Source: a virus (taxonomy: Duplodnaviria > Heunggongvirae > Uroviricota > Caudoviricetes). From it: DNA of 64,000 nucleotides. The number at the start of each line of letters is the position of its first letter. The stretch's first letter is position 1. The notes under the pieces were generated by a model. That model was not told the origin of the DNA. It worked only from the letters and a program-made list of their open reading frames with translations, and made no database searches. The stretch lies in the IMG/VR virus record IMGVR_UViG_2799112330_000002, positions 346,107 through 410,106 of that record. One strand, given 5' to 3'. Shown here one piece after another: positions 1 through 9,668 of this stretch. Made by a program: the position numbers and the translations under genes.

Positions 1-1
1 T

Positions 2-577
2 AATCCTGATGGAGCATTGTATGTAAAAGGCGCAGAAAACATTGTCAAGCCTATTATTGATTATGTAAAGAAGAACAAGGCAACTATTGATCAGATCATT
101 TTTACAAGAGACTGGCATTTGAACAAAGATGAGTCATTCAAGAAAAATGGTGGTATCTGGCCTGTTCATTGTGTACAGAATACTGAAGGTGCTAACATCA
201 ATAAGGAATTGTATGACGCATTGATTCAGACAAGAATTCCTGTAAAGATTGTCAATAAGGGAACAACATTCAATCATGAAGAATATGGAGCGTTTGAACA
301 CTGTGGAACTTTCCATCATCTTTATCCTAATAGTACTCCAACTGTAAGCAATTGCTATTTTGCTAACTATGAGTCTTCTTCAGGAACAAGAATTGTCAAT
401 GAAGATGTAGTTGTATGTGGAGTTGCTGGTGACTATTGTGTAAAAGAGACAATTAAGAATCTTATTAAGCACTGGAAAAACTTCAAGATTGAGGTCTTTA
501 TGGATGGTATTGCTTCTATTGATGATGGTACTTCTTTGATGGAACTTATTGAAGATAAAAATTTGAAAGTGATCTAA
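2..577 (+). CDS. pncA: nicotinamidase / isochorismatase-family hydrolase (PncA-like), 5'-truncated at window edge
   Basis: Reading frame is open back to base 2 (NPDGALYVKGAE...). Nicotinamidase-like catalytic Cys motif VCGVAGDYCV and the ...DWH... pattern typical of the isochorismatase/PncA fold. The track start at 17 is a TTG. Confidence 0.65.
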   Translation, partial: NPDGALYVKGAENIVKPIIDYVKKNKATIDQIIFTRDWHLNKDESFKKNGGIWPVHCVQNTEGANINKELYDALIQTRIPVKIVNKGTTFNHEEYGAFEHCGTFHHLYPNSTPTVSNCYFANYESSSGTRIVNEDVVVCGVAGDYCVKETIKNLIKHWKNFKIEVFMDGIASIDDGTSLMELIEDKNLKVI

Positions 578-670
578 AGTATCATATAGTAAACTTTAAG
601 GCACTTTTTATATCATAAAGTATCATATAATAACTATTATTTAATAAGTTTAATATAAAAAATATTTACA

Positions 671-1861
671 ATGATTTATTCTATTCTTGACACAGATCTG
701 TATAAGTTCACTACAAGTTATGCTTATATGAAATTGTTTCCAAATGCTGAATGTACTTTCACTTTCAAAGACAGGAACAATGTAAAACGTACTCCACAGT
801 TTCTTAAAAGATTCAAAGCAAAGCTTAAAGAGTTCTGTGAGAATGCTTGTCTTACATCTACTGAATATTATTTGCTTAAAGAATCTCATCGTAGTGATTT
901 CATTCCAACATATTATTGGGAGTGGTTGTATTCATTCCGATTTGATTATGGCAAGATCAAAGTATATCTTAATGAAGATGATGTACTTTGTATGGAGGTA
1001 ACTGATAAATGCTATAAATGTACCTTATATGAGATTCCTTGTATGTTCCTTATTTCAGAGGTCAATAATGAAGACAAAGTTATTGATTGGGAACTAACAA
1101 TGAATAAACTCAGAGAAAAAATTGATTTAGCTAATGAAAATGGAATGCTGTTCTCTGAGTTTGGTACACGTCGTAGATTCAGTCAAGAAGTTCAAGATCA
1201 GGTTTGCTGTATTTTAAAACAATATGCAAAGACTTGTGTAGGAACATCAAACGTATATTTCGCTCTTAAGTATGGAATGAAGCCAATTGGTACACATCCA
1301 CATGAATGGTTTATGTTCCATGGAGCACAGTATGGATATAAGCAGGCTAATTATATTGCTCTTGAGAATTGGGTAAATGTGTATGATGGAGATCTTGGTA
1401 TTGCTCTTTCTGATACATATACATCAGATGTGTTCTTCAATAACTTCTCATTAAAACAGGCTAAGCTTTTTGATGGGGTTCGTCAAGATTCAGGAGATGA
1501 AATTGAATTTATCAAAAAGACTATTGAATTCTACAAGGGAAAGGGAATTGATTATAGTAACAAAACAATTGTATTCTCTAATGCTCTTGATTTTCCTAAA
1601 GCAGTAAAAATTAAGACATATTGTGATAATAGAAATATTAAATGTTCATTTGGAATCGGCACAAATCTTACATGCGATGTATATGATAAAAATGGTGAAA
1701 ATTATCCACATGAAAATATCGTAATGAAGATGTCTCAATGTAGAATGAATGAACATAGTTTATGGCATCCGGCAATTAAGATTTCTGATGATTTTGGAAA
1801 GCATATGGGAAATAATAAAGAATTTGAACATGCATGCTATGAATTGAACATTGTTATTTAA
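671..1861 (+). CDS. pncB: nicotinate phosphoribosyltransferase
   Basis: N-terminus SILDTDLYKFT resembles the PncB signature (LLDTDxYK). Length 396 aa and the GTHPHEW region are consistent with NAPRTase. Confidence 0.7.
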   Translation: MIYSILDTDLYKFTTSYAYMKLFPNAECTFTFKDRNNVKRTPQFLKRFKAKLKEFCENACLTSTEYYLLKESHRSDFIPTYYWEWLYSFRFDYGKIKVYLNEDDVLCMEVTDKCYKCTLYEIPCMFLISEVNNEDKVIDWELTMNKLREKIDLANENGMLFSEFGTRRRFSQEVQDQVCCILKQYAKTCVGTSNVYFALKYGMKPIGTHPHEWFMFHGAQYGYKQANYIALENWVNVYDGDLGIALSDTYTSDVFFNNFSLKQAKLFDGVRQDSGDEIEFIKKTIEFYKGKGIDYSNKTIVFSNALDFPKAVKIKTYCDNRNIKCSFGIGTNLTCDVYDKNGENYPHENIVMKMSQCRMNEHSLWHPAIKISDDFGKHMGNNKEFEHACYELNIVI

Positions 1862-1886
1862 ATTATAAATAATATATAAGTTTTAT

Positions 1887-1912
1887 CCCAGAAATATTGA
1901 ATTATTTCTGGG
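1887..1912 (+). terminator. stem-loop (cccagaaata/atttctggg) whose loop carries TTGAATT, followed by a T-rich run; overlaps the next promoter
   Basis: 9-bp inverted repeat read directly from sequence after the pncB stop. Confidence 0.5.
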
Positions 1913-1938
1913 ATTTACTATATTATAACTGTAATTAA
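1897..1938 (+). promoter_or_regulatory. conserved phage promoter motif TTGAAT-N16-CTATATTATAACTGTAATTAA
   Basis: Member of a >=12-copy intergenic motif family; sigma70-like -35 and -10 spacing. Confidence 0.5.
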
Positions 1939-1950
1939 AAATATAAGAAT

Positions 1951-2193
1951 ATGTTAAAGTATAAATCATCAGATGTTCAAAAGATGGTTGATATTTTTGC
2001 TAAAATTAGTGAAAATAAAGACAATCAGACAAAAGTAATGGATGAACTTAAGAAATTAGTTGACTATCCAGAAAACGTTATTCTAGAATTCTTGCATTGT
2101 ATAGAAATTCTTAATGATAAAGATGAAACTTATCTTAAGGAAAACTACTGGGGAATTATTGGTTATATTACAATGAGGTTGAATTTTTCTTAA
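1951..2193 (+). CDS. hypothetical protein
   Basis: ORF of 80 aa immediately downstream of the promoter motif. Confidence 0.4.
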   Translation: MLKYKSSDVQKMVDIFAKISENKDNQTKVMDELKKLVDYPENVILEFLHCIEILNDKDETYLKENYWGIIGYITMRLNFS

Positions 2194-2206
2194 ATTATAT
2201 ATTAAT

Positions 2207-2530
2207 ATGTTTGCATTAATTAGAGGTACTGGCATGCTAGTTGGAATCTTTTCCACTAAAGAGCATATGAAAGTTGTCATTGAAGAACTGATTGAAAATG
2301 AATATCAGACTTCAGGAGCACATGGTGATTATAATTTCAGATATATTGAATTTGAAATTAATGAACCTTGGTTTAGTGATGATGAATATAATAAAGAAGT
2401 TGGTCAAGCACTATTCAGTCTGTCAACAATGCATACTGAGTATTTTAAGCATTGTATAAAGACAGATTGGTCTACTGGACAAATTCTTGATATGGATTCA
2501 GACAATACTACAAATATAAATGAAAGATAA
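2207..2530 (+). CDS. hypothetical protein
   Basis: ORF of 107 aa, tightly packed. Confidence 0.4.
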   Translation: MFALIRGTGMLVGIFSTKEHMKVVIEELIENEYQTSGAHGDYNFRYIEFEINEPWFSDDEYNKEVGQALFSLSTMHTEYFKHCIKTDWSTGQILDMDSDNTTNINER

Positions 2531-2532
2531 TT

Positions 2533-2805
2533 ATGAAAGTTTATATTGTATCAACTCAGGTATTTTTCAAAGAGAATGGAATTGAATATGCAATGGCTGT
2601 AGATCTCGATGATGATCTAAAACTATTTAGTGACTATTCTAGAGCTGTTAATGAATATAATTCTGTCATTAATAATCTTAGAAATAATTTTATGGATCAT
2701 GAAGAGGAAATTGTTAGACCATCTGAAGACTTGGGAACAGTTCTATATAATAAGTATGAAACTGTCAGTTATGTTGTCAAACTAACATCTAAAGACGTCT
2801 ATTGA
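2533..2805 (+). CDS. hypothetical protein
   Basis: ORF of 90 aa, abuts neighbours. Confidence 0.4.
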   Translation: MKVYIVSTQVFFKENGIEYAMAVDLDDDLKLFSDYSRAVNEYNSVINNLRNNFMDHEEEIVRPSEDLGTVLYNKYETVSYVVKLTSKDVY

Positions 2806-2806
2806 T

Positions 2807-3217
2807 ATGAAAGAAAAACTGTTTTTTATTAGTTTAGCATGCATATTATCAGGTATAATAATTTATCTATTGGGTGGACTTATTTTCAGTTCTCGTCCAG
2901 TTGTTGTGAAAGAAACAAAAGACTACATTTATGTAAAGAAATATGCATTATATAATAGGGATTCTACAGTTTATAAATATCATCAGCCAATAAAGTATGA
3001 TGGTATTGTGACAAGAAAGTATAAATATGGATCTTGGACTGGATTACCCGGTAAGGGTGGTGTTTTTGTATATCATTATAATGTTGATGTTCAGTTCAAT
3101 AATACTACACATAGATTATATGGCAGAAATTATTATGATATGTTTAATGAAGGCAATAAAGTAATTGTAATAGAAAAGTTCTGGCCACGTAATGATTATG
3201 AATACATATTAAAATGA
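2807..3217 (+). CDS. membrane-anchored protein, paralog of 17599..18030
   Basis: N-terminal TM helix. Shares K(Y/F)H(Q/K)PI(K/Y)YDG...G(L/I)PGKGG...(E/K)(K/T)F(W/Y)PR with ORF 17599..18030. Confidence 0.5.
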   Translation: MKEKLFFISLACILSGIIIYLLGGLIFSSRPVVVKETKDYIYVKKYALYNRDSTVYKYHQPIKYDGIVTRKYKYGSWTGLPGKGGVFVYHYNVDVQFNNTTHRLYGRNYYDMFNEGNKVIVIEKFWPRNDYEYILK

Positions 3218-3240
3218 TAATATATAATTACTGTATTTTA

Positions 3241-3289
3241 TTGTGAATTTTTATGGGTTAATTACTATATTTATAACGTAATTAAAATT
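3241..3289 (+). promoter_or_regulatory. promoter motif variant (TTGTGAAT...CTATATTTATAACGTAATTAAAATTT)
   Basis: Matches the recurrent intergenic motif, more degenerate. Confidence 0.35.
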
Positions 3290-3298
3290 TATCAATAT

Positions 3299-4621
3299 AT
3301 GGGTACATATGTACATTTTTCAATCGGAGAAAATCTTGGCAAAGTTCTTCTTGATATTGCTCAAGAACATATTTTGAATGGAGAACCTCAAGAGGCTATT
3401 GAAACATACGTAAAAAGTTTTAATGGTATGAATGAATCCTATGCATTGCAAATTCTTAGGAACAATTTTGTCATTGAGACTTGTGAAGATGGTGTAAACA
3501 TCAATCTTACAAATGATAAAAACGTAAGATTCCAGAATGCTGAATACATCTATGATTGGCAAAAACTTATGAATGACAAGATCAAAGATTTACAAGGTTA
3601 TGTTGAAAGTTATCATGAAATTGTAAAACAGTTTAATAAGCATTCAAATTATGCTATCTATGATGCAAATATTACAGAAATTGTAAAGCGATATTATGGA
3701 GAGGAAAACATGTCTGATGTTGGTATTCATAATATTGCTGCAAAACTTATTGGAGGAGATGATTTTGCATGGAATCTTTATTCAAATGGTTCTAATGTCT
3801 GGTCTCATTTAGAAGGAGATGTTGAAAGTGGTGATGCTAAACCTTATCAATATGCACTGTATTTCATTGTAAAGTATGTCAATCTTATCAGATCAATGTA
3901 TAAGGATTATGTCAAGTTTGAAAAATCTTATATATGGCTTTTAGATAAGATGTTTATCAAGCGTATTCCATTAGTTGAATCAGATATTGAAAATGTATTA
4001 GACATCATTAAAGAATTTTGTAATCCAAATACAGGATATTATCATCCAATGTGCGACGAAAAGATTACAGATCTTAAAGAGACTATCTATGATGAAATTC
4101 TTAAGACATCTTGGGGAAAGGAATATCTACAGAATGGAATCATAAAGAAGAATATTATGGATGGTTATGATGCTGGTTGGCTGTCTCCAGATGGTGAATT
4201 CTATGGAGGTAATGGTCCAACTTCCGCTATGATTCATATGAATATTGCTGAACAGATCTTCAAGGGAAATAATATATATGCTAATAGAATGGCAAAAGAT
4301 GGTGTATCTATTTGGAGTGGAAGTAATTCACCTGACTATTGGCTCGAAAAGGATGGCTGGGTTAAGATCCATCATAATGATTGTTACGGAGCATTCATTG
4401 GTGAAAGAAATCCTGAAAACAGAACACCAGATTTTCCTTATGCATATAAGCCCACAGATATTCAGATCAAAATGATTTGCGACTATGCAGACAAATTTTA
4501 TGGAGGAAAGTTCTATACAGAAGCAAATACACTTAGTAGAGACACACATCCAGATCCCTTTACAACTTATAAGGTTAGACAAATGGATGAATTCAAATTA
4601 CATGAGATTTTTGGAAGATAA
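3299..4621 (+). CDS. hypothetical protein (440 aa)
   Basis: Long ORF with coding-like composition; no motif recognised. Confidence 0.55.
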   Translation: MGTYVHFSIGENLGKVLLDIAQEHILNGEPQEAIETYVKSFNGMNESYALQILRNNFVIETCEDGVNINLTNDKNVRFQNAEYIYDWQKLMNDKIKDLQGYVESYHEIVKQFNKHSNYAIYDANITEIVKRYYGEENMSDVGIHNIAAKLIGGDDFAWNLYSNGSNVWSHLEGDVESGDAKPYQYALYFIVKYVNLIRSMYKDYVKFEKSYIWLLDKMFIKRIPLVESDIENVLDIIKEFCNPNTGYYHPMCDEKITDLKETIYDEILKTSWGKEYLQNGIIKKNIMDGYDAGWLSPDGEFYGGNGPTSAMIHMNIAEQIFKGNNIYANRMAKDGVSIWSGSNSPDYWLEKDGWVKIHHNDCYGAFIGERNPENRTPDFPYAYKPTDIQIKMICDYADKFYGGKFYTEANTLSRDTHPDPFTTYKVRQMDEFKLHEIFGR

Positions 4622-4651
4622 CAATGTCTATTTTAATTATAAAGTAAAGTT

Positions 4652-4807
4652 ATGACACAAGAGGATAAAGAAAAAATAACAAAGTTTTTGAAGACTAATT
4701 TGCATACCCATACGGATTGGACTGGAACATATGTTGAAACTCAATATAAATGTGAGAGTGTTGAGAAGTTTATTGAAATATTTTTTAATTCAATTGAAGA
4801 AAAATAA
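4652..4807 (+). CDS. short member or N-terminal fragment of the MTQE(D/E)K tandem family
   Basis: Begins MTQEDKEK, preceded by the same gttATGacacaagaggataaa DNA start as 5040. Confidence 0.3.
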   Translation: MTQEDKEKITKFLKTNLHTHTDWTGTYVETQYKCESVEKFIEIFFNSIEEK

Positions 4808-4834
4808 AAATCTAAAATAATAAAATAAGAAATA

Positions 4835-5026
4835 ATGGAAAGCAAATTTAAACTTGGTGACATATTCACTAAAAAACATACACGAGATACAATACCTATA
4901 GAAATATATGAAATATCTTATGATGCAAATGAACCAATATATAAGCTAAAACCCATTAGATTATGTGGTGATGATGTTATATTAGGAGAAGAAGCATTAA
5001 TAGAATTATATAATAAAATCAACTAA
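4835..5026 (+). CDS. hypothetical protein
   Basis: ORF of 63 aa. Confidence 0.3.
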   Translation: MESKFKLGDIFTKKHTRDTIPIEIYEISYDANEPIYKLKPIRLCGDDVILGEEALIELYNKIN

Positions 5027-5039
5027 TATTTAATGAATT

Positions 5040-5504
5040 ATGACACAAGAGGATAAAAAACTATTATTGCAAGATCTTAGTGCAAGGCTGTCGTATGGTG
5101 TAATTGTAAGTACCCCTAAAGGTAATGGTCATCTTTGTACAATCAATCAAACCATATTTGGAAATGAATATGGGGTGAATATTGAAGCCACAAAAAGAGA
5201 CAACTTTAATGATAATGAATGCGACATCAAACCTTATCTTTGCCCAATATCAAGTATGACGAAGAAAGAAACTAAAGAATTATTTAAAGAGATTGGTTTT
5301 GAATTCACTTGTAATACTTGGAGAATTCCCGCACATTATAATTATGAGTTTGCCAAACAGATTAAAGGAATTCCAACTATCACTAATGTTGAATTCGTAA
5401 AGATGATTGATTGGCTTAATGCTCATCATTTTGATTATAGGGGACTTATTGAAAAGGGTCTTGCTATTGCTGTTACAGAAGAAAATAATCCTTATAAAGA
5501 ATAA
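5040..5504 (+). CDS. tandem paralog family A member (MTQEDKKLLLQDLSARL...DWLNAHHFDYRGLIEKGLAIAVTEENNPYKE)
   Basis: Shares N- and C-termini with the two following genes. Confidence 0.5.
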   Translation: MTQEDKKLLLQDLSARLSYGVIVSTPKGNGHLCTINQTIFGNEYGVNIEATKRDNFNDNECDIKPYLCPISSMTKKETKELFKEIGFEFTCNTWRIPAHYNYEFAKQIKGIPTITNVEFVKMIDWLNAHHFDYRGLIEKGLAIAVTEENNPYKE

Positions 5505-5508
5505 AGTT

Positions 5509-5889
5509 ATGATACAAGAAGAAAAACAATTACTGTTGAAGGACCTTAGTGCAAGGTTGATGTATGGAATAATCTGTAAATGCTTACATAGTAATAATGT
5601 TAAAGCAACAGCAATTGATACAGAAGATTCATCAGTATATTATTTTGATTGTGATGAATGGGAATCTATTGAATATTGCAAGCCATATCTCCGTCCAATG
5701 TCTTCAATGACTGATGAAGAGAAAAAAGAATTATTTGAGATTGGTTGTGAAGGAAATATTGAATATCCTTATGGTATGTACTTTAGATGTCAAGACTGGC
5801 TTAATGCTCATCATTTTGATTATCGTGGACTTATTGAAAAGGGTCTTGCTATTGCTGTTACTGAAGAAAATAATCCTTATAAAAAATAA
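5509..5889 (+). CDS. tandem paralog family A member
   Basis: ATG at 5509 gives MIQEEKQLLLKDLSARL...; the C-terminal 30 aa are almost identical to the previous gene. The track ORF extends upstream into the previous gene in a different frame. Confidence 0.5.
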   Translation: MIQEEKQLLLKDLSARLMYGIICKCLHSNNVKATAIDTEDSSVYYFDCDEWESIEYCKPYLRPMSSMTDEEKKELFEIGCEGNIEYPYGMYFRCQDWLNAHHFDYRGLIEKGLAIAVTEENNPYKK

Positions 5890-5893
5890 AGTT

Positions 5894-6304
5894 ATGACAC
5901 AAGAAGAAAAACAACTATTGATCCAAGACCTTTCAACAAGGTTGCCATACAAAACGTATGTTAAAACAACAAAAGGCATTGGCTATGTCTATGCTATAAA
6001 TACCTCTCAATTAGTTGAATTAAGCGTTGCTAATGATTCTGAATATTGGTCAGAAGTATTTAATATTGAGAAAATAAAACCATATCTCCGCTCAATGTCA
6101 AGTATGACTGAGGAAGAGACTATTGAATTTATAAATCTTACAGATAGTATTATAAAATTTGTAAATAAGCATTATGCGGTATTAAGTCTTCAACAAATTG
6201 ACTGGCTCAATGTACATCACTTTGACTATCAGGAATTAATTCCAAAAGGTCTTGCCATTGAGGTAACAAAAGATAATAATCCTTATGAAAAACAATACAG
6301 TTAA
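5894..6304 (+). CDS. tandem paralog family A member
   Basis: ATG at 5894 gives MTQEEKQLLIQDLSTRL...DWLNVHHFDYQELIPKGLAIEVTKDNNPYEK. Confidence 0.5.
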   Translation: MTQEEKQLLIQDLSTRLPYKTYVKTTKGIGYVYAINTSQLVELSVANDSEYWSEVFNIEKIKPYLRSMSSMTEEETIEFINLTDSIIKFVNKHYAVLSLQQIDWLNVHHFDYQELIPKGLAIEVTKDNNPYEKQYS

Positions 6305-6602
6305 GCAAATACGAGTATGTCTTGAAGAAGTTGCATCTTCAATTAATGAGTTTATTGACGAAATAATTGAAGATTTTAAATTAAAAGAAGCATATAAGAA
6401 TGGTGAAGAAGTAGAGATACAATATAGAGGAATTGGGCTTAACGGGGATTTTCATGAAGACATTCATCGTTCTGATGACGAGATAATCTATATACTTCAT
6501 AATGACAAAACTGTTGGAATAATAATTGAAAGACGTACATCTTTCAATAATGCTGAACTTACATTCATAAAAACATCAAAAAGAAAATTTAGAAAACTAT
6601 GA
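6285..6602 (+). CDS. hypothetical protein
   Basis: ORF of 105 aa. Confidence 0.4.
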   Translation: MKNNTVKQIRVCLEEVASSINEFIDEIIEDFKLKEAYKNGEEVEIQYRGIGLNGDFHEDIHRSDDEIIYILHNDKTVGIIIERRTSFNNAELTFIKTSKRKFRKL

Positions 6603-6994
6603 AAATTAATGAAAACATTAAGACTGAATTACCTTGTCCTCCTGATATGGATAAGCAATGTATAGAATTATATTATCTTTTGAATAGTCTGCCTGACACA
6701 CATACATTTGAATCTTGTTGTGGGCATGAAAGAGAAGTATATATGATGTTCTTCAGATGCTTTAATATTGGTGTATTATCAAGATTAGGAAGGGCTGTTT
6801 CAAGAAACTATTCTGACGGCAATTGGGAGATTGTCATTGATATAACAGACACAATGCCTTATGGGTGCTTCTGGCTTAGGACAACAAGTGTCCTTAAAAA
6901 GGATGAACTTGATGAAAGTCTTAAGGGGCTTATTGATAACATCCAATATTGGTTCAATGATGAGTTTGACAATTATTTCAGTATAGACAAATAA
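6599..6994 (+). CDS. hypothetical Cys/His-containing protein
   Basis: ORF of 131 aa; 4-nt overlap with the upstream gene. Confidence 0.45.
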   Translation: MKINENIKTELPCPPDMDKQCIELYYLLNSLPDTHTFESCCGHEREVYMMFFRCFNIGVLSRLGRAVSRNYSDGNWEIVIDITDTMPYGCFWLRTTSVLKKDELDESLKGLIDNIQYWFNDEFDNYFSIDK

Positions 6995-7007
6995 TCTATA
7001 AGAATCA

Positions 7008-7051
7008 ATTGAATTTTCTGAAGATTGTTCTATATTATAATTGTAATAATT
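7008..7051 (+). promoter_or_regulatory. conserved promoter motif TTGAAT-N16-CTATATTATAATTGTAATAATTAA
   Basis: Motif family. Confidence 0.5.
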
Positions 7052-7202
7052 AAAAATTGAATATATTATGTATACAAGAGCAGAATTGTTAGAAATGGGA
7101 ATGGATGAGCTTGAGCAGCTTTATGAAGAGTCTGCTGGAGACTATGATTCAGTAGAAGATCTTATGGAGTCTAATGGATTAATTTAGGTAATAATTAAAT
7201 TT

Positions 7203-7514
7203 TTGAATATGAAGTTTACAATTGGAATTAAGCCTACTATTCTAACGGGATATGGAACAACAAAGGCCGCAAAGGAAAGAGTTAGAAGTTCAGTAAATCA
7301 GTGTTTTAGTTATTCATCTATAGGAAATGGGTGGATGAATTCAAAATATGTTTATGGATATAATATTGAGGTTTATAAACGTGGAAAGCATCGTCACAAT
7401 AAGCATTATATTGTTTATAAATATACATTTCCCATTGAAATGTTTAAGCTTATGAATGTTGAAATTTCACAAGGTCCCAGAACATTTAAGATTACCAGAA
7501 AAAAAATAATATAA
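7203..7514 (+). CDS. hypothetical basic protein
   Basis: ORF of 103 aa. Confidence 0.35.
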   Translation: MNMKFTIGIKPTILTGYGTTKAAKERVRSSVNQCFSYSSIGNGWMNSKYVYGYNIEVYKRGKHRHNKHYIVYKYTFPIEMFKLMNVEISQGPRTFKITRKKII

Positions 7515-7641
7515 TGGAAATTGATTATCAAAAACTGTTTCAAGATGCTGCTATAGCATGGCAGGAAAATGATTATAAACCAATTCACATTAGTAATAGA
7601 TTTCTTAATATTATAAATAAACATTGTAAAAATAGATAGTT

Positions 7642-8532
7642 ATGGACTACGCAAAAGTTTTTGAAACAATGGTTAATGAGACACAGAAATATCTTGAGTC
7701 AAATAATCTTCAAGCAATGATTTTGGGTATTTCTGGCGGATTAGACTCAACAGTTACAGCTGCAATTTGTCATGAGGTTGAGAAACGAAATCCAGAGCTC
7801 AAGTTTATTGGTATTTCTCTTCCATGTTCCTCAAATTCTGAAGAAGAAAATGATTCCGCAAAAATTTGCATGAAGGCATTTTGTAAGTCAGGACAATGGT
7901 GGACAGAGAATCTTCAGAAGGAATATATGCTTATGCGAGCTACTTGTTCACAAAGACATCTTATGACAACAATTGGTCAGGGAAATATCAAGGCTCGTCT
8001 TCGTATGACATATCTTTATAATGAAGCTAATTATTTCAACGGTCTTGTAATGGACACTGACAATCTTACAGAGCATTATCTTGGATTCTTCACAATTCAT
8101 GGAGATGTTTGTGACTTCAATCCAATCGGTGGCCTTTGGAAGCATGAAGTATATTATCTTGCAGAGTATCTTTATACAGATTATTATGATGCTCCGTTTG
8201 GTCCTGATGGAGAAAGACATTTGGCTTTAGAACATGCTTTGAAGATCACTCCTACAGATGGAAACGGAGTAAATGATCTTGGAGACATGGGACAGATTGC
8301 TCCTGAATTTGCTTATTGTAAGAATATGGATGCTTATGAAAAGGTAGACAATATTATCAGGACATATCTTTATGGCATTCAGAGTCATCCTGAGGTATTT
8401 CAGGCAAGCATGCAGACATTATATGATACATATACACCAGAAACAGTAGATGGTATTATCAGAAGAATAAAATCTACAGAATACAAACGTAAGAAACTTC
8501 CTATTGTAGTTGGCAGAAAAAAATATGAATAA
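7642..8532 (+). CDS. nadE: NH3-dependent NAD+ synthetase
   Basis: PP-loop ISGGLDSTV (SGGxDS) near the N-terminus; 296 aa, typical NadE size. Confidence 0.7.
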   Translation: MDYAKVFETMVNETQKYLESNNLQAMILGISGGLDSTVTAAICHEVEKRNPELKFIGISLPCSSNSEEENDSAKICMKAFCKSGQWWTENLQKEYMLMRATCSQRHLMTTIGQGNIKARLRMTYLYNEANYFNGLVMDTDNLTEHYLGFFTIHGDVCDFNPIGGLWKHEVYYLAEYLYTDYYDAPFGPDGERHLALEHALKITPTDGNGVNDLGDMGQIAPEFAYCKNMDAYEKVDNIIRTYLYGIQSHPEVFQASMQTLYDTYTPETVDGIIRRIKSTEYKRKKLPIVVGRKKYE

Positions 8533-8701
8533 TATTTAAGAAGATAATTAAAATTTTTGAATTATGGCTTATGTGATTTCAGATGAAGAGTTAGATAGAA
8601 TTTGTGAAAGGTCAGAACAGACTTGTGGATGTGATTGCAAGAACTGTGAAGCATTCTGGGCAAATTATCGGTATAATAATCAATAAAAAAGAATAAGTAT
8701 T

Positions 8702-8923
8702 ATGAAAAAGAAATTTGGTATTATAACAATTATTATGGTTTTTGTTATTGGGTTTATGATTGGCGTATTTACAAATTCAGTAAAAGCAGTCAAATCTCCA
8801 GATCCAGTACCAGCAGTCAATAATGTACAAAGATATAGTGTAGATGTTCAAAGTGTCTATTACAATGGAAGAACATATGTAGTATTCACTTCATCAGCTC
8901 CAAGTATGTGTGTTAGACCATAA
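8702..8923 (+). CDS. small membrane/secreted protein
   Basis: N-terminal hydrophobic helix. Confidence 0.4.
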   Translation: MKKKFGIITIIMVFVIGFMIGVFTNSVKAVKSPDPVPAVNNVQRYSVDVQSVYYNGRTYVVFTSSAPSMCVRP

Positions 8924-8942
8924 ATCAATTAAAGTATAGAAT

Positions 8943-9218
8943 ATGGAGACAGTAAAAGTAGAAAATAGTCAGACAGATAAGATCAATGAGTTCAAGAAAC
9001 TGCTTCATTCAGGTATTGTGGAATTCAAATATACAAAGAAGAATGGAGAAGTTAGGGATGCTCGTGGTACATTGTCTATTGATGTAATGGGAAAAGAGAA
9101 TGAGCCTAAGGGAGGTGGAAAAGAATATCCGGAGAATGTTGTAAGATATTATGACTTGAATTCTGAAGGATGGCGTTCATTTGTCTTTGAAAACTTGATT
9201 GAATACAAAAAGACATAA
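8943..9218 (+). CDS. hypothetical protein
   Basis: ORF of 91 aa. Confidence 0.4.
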   Translation: METVKVENSQTDKINEFKKLLHSGIVEFKYTKKNGEVRDARGTLSIDVMGKENEPKGGGKEYPENVVRYYDLNSEGWRSFVFENLIEYKKT

Positions 9219-9241
9219 ATATATCAATTAAAGCATAAGTT

Positions 9242-9442
9242 ATGAATCGTCTTAAAGCATTATGGAGAGTACTTATATCTGATGAGTTCTTTGTTATGAC
9301 AACTCATCAGATAATTGAAAGTGACTATAATCATCACGAATTAGAATATAAATGTATCAAGAACACTCATAGAGAAGGTTTTAAATATTATCTATACAGG
9401 TGGTTGCATGATCATGAAGCCTCTTTCTATGATGATATGTAG
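9242..9442 (+). CDS. hypothetical protein
   Basis: ORF of 66 aa. Confidence 0.3.
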   Translation: MNRLKALWRVLISDEFFVMTTHQIIESDYNHHELEYKCIKNTHREGFKYYLYRWLHDHEASFYDDM

Positions 9443-9668
9443 TCAATGTTCTTTTATATATATTTATTTGTAATAAAAGAAAACTATTTATATGAAAATG
9501 TTTTATTATTTTATAACAAATATATATAATAAATAGACTTAATGAAACCAGTTGAGAAATTTCAAAGAATTAGAGACTATATAGATTCCCAGAATATTTG
9601 TGATTTTCTTATTGAATATATGAGTGATGATGAGCTTGAGAATCTATGTCATGAATTAGAAGAAGAAT

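Noticed and set aside
4652-6304. Possible CRISPR array or other non-coding tandem repeat
   Set aside because: The repeats are about 400 nt long, coding, and diverge in the middle. They are paralogous genes, not short direct repeats with unique spacers.
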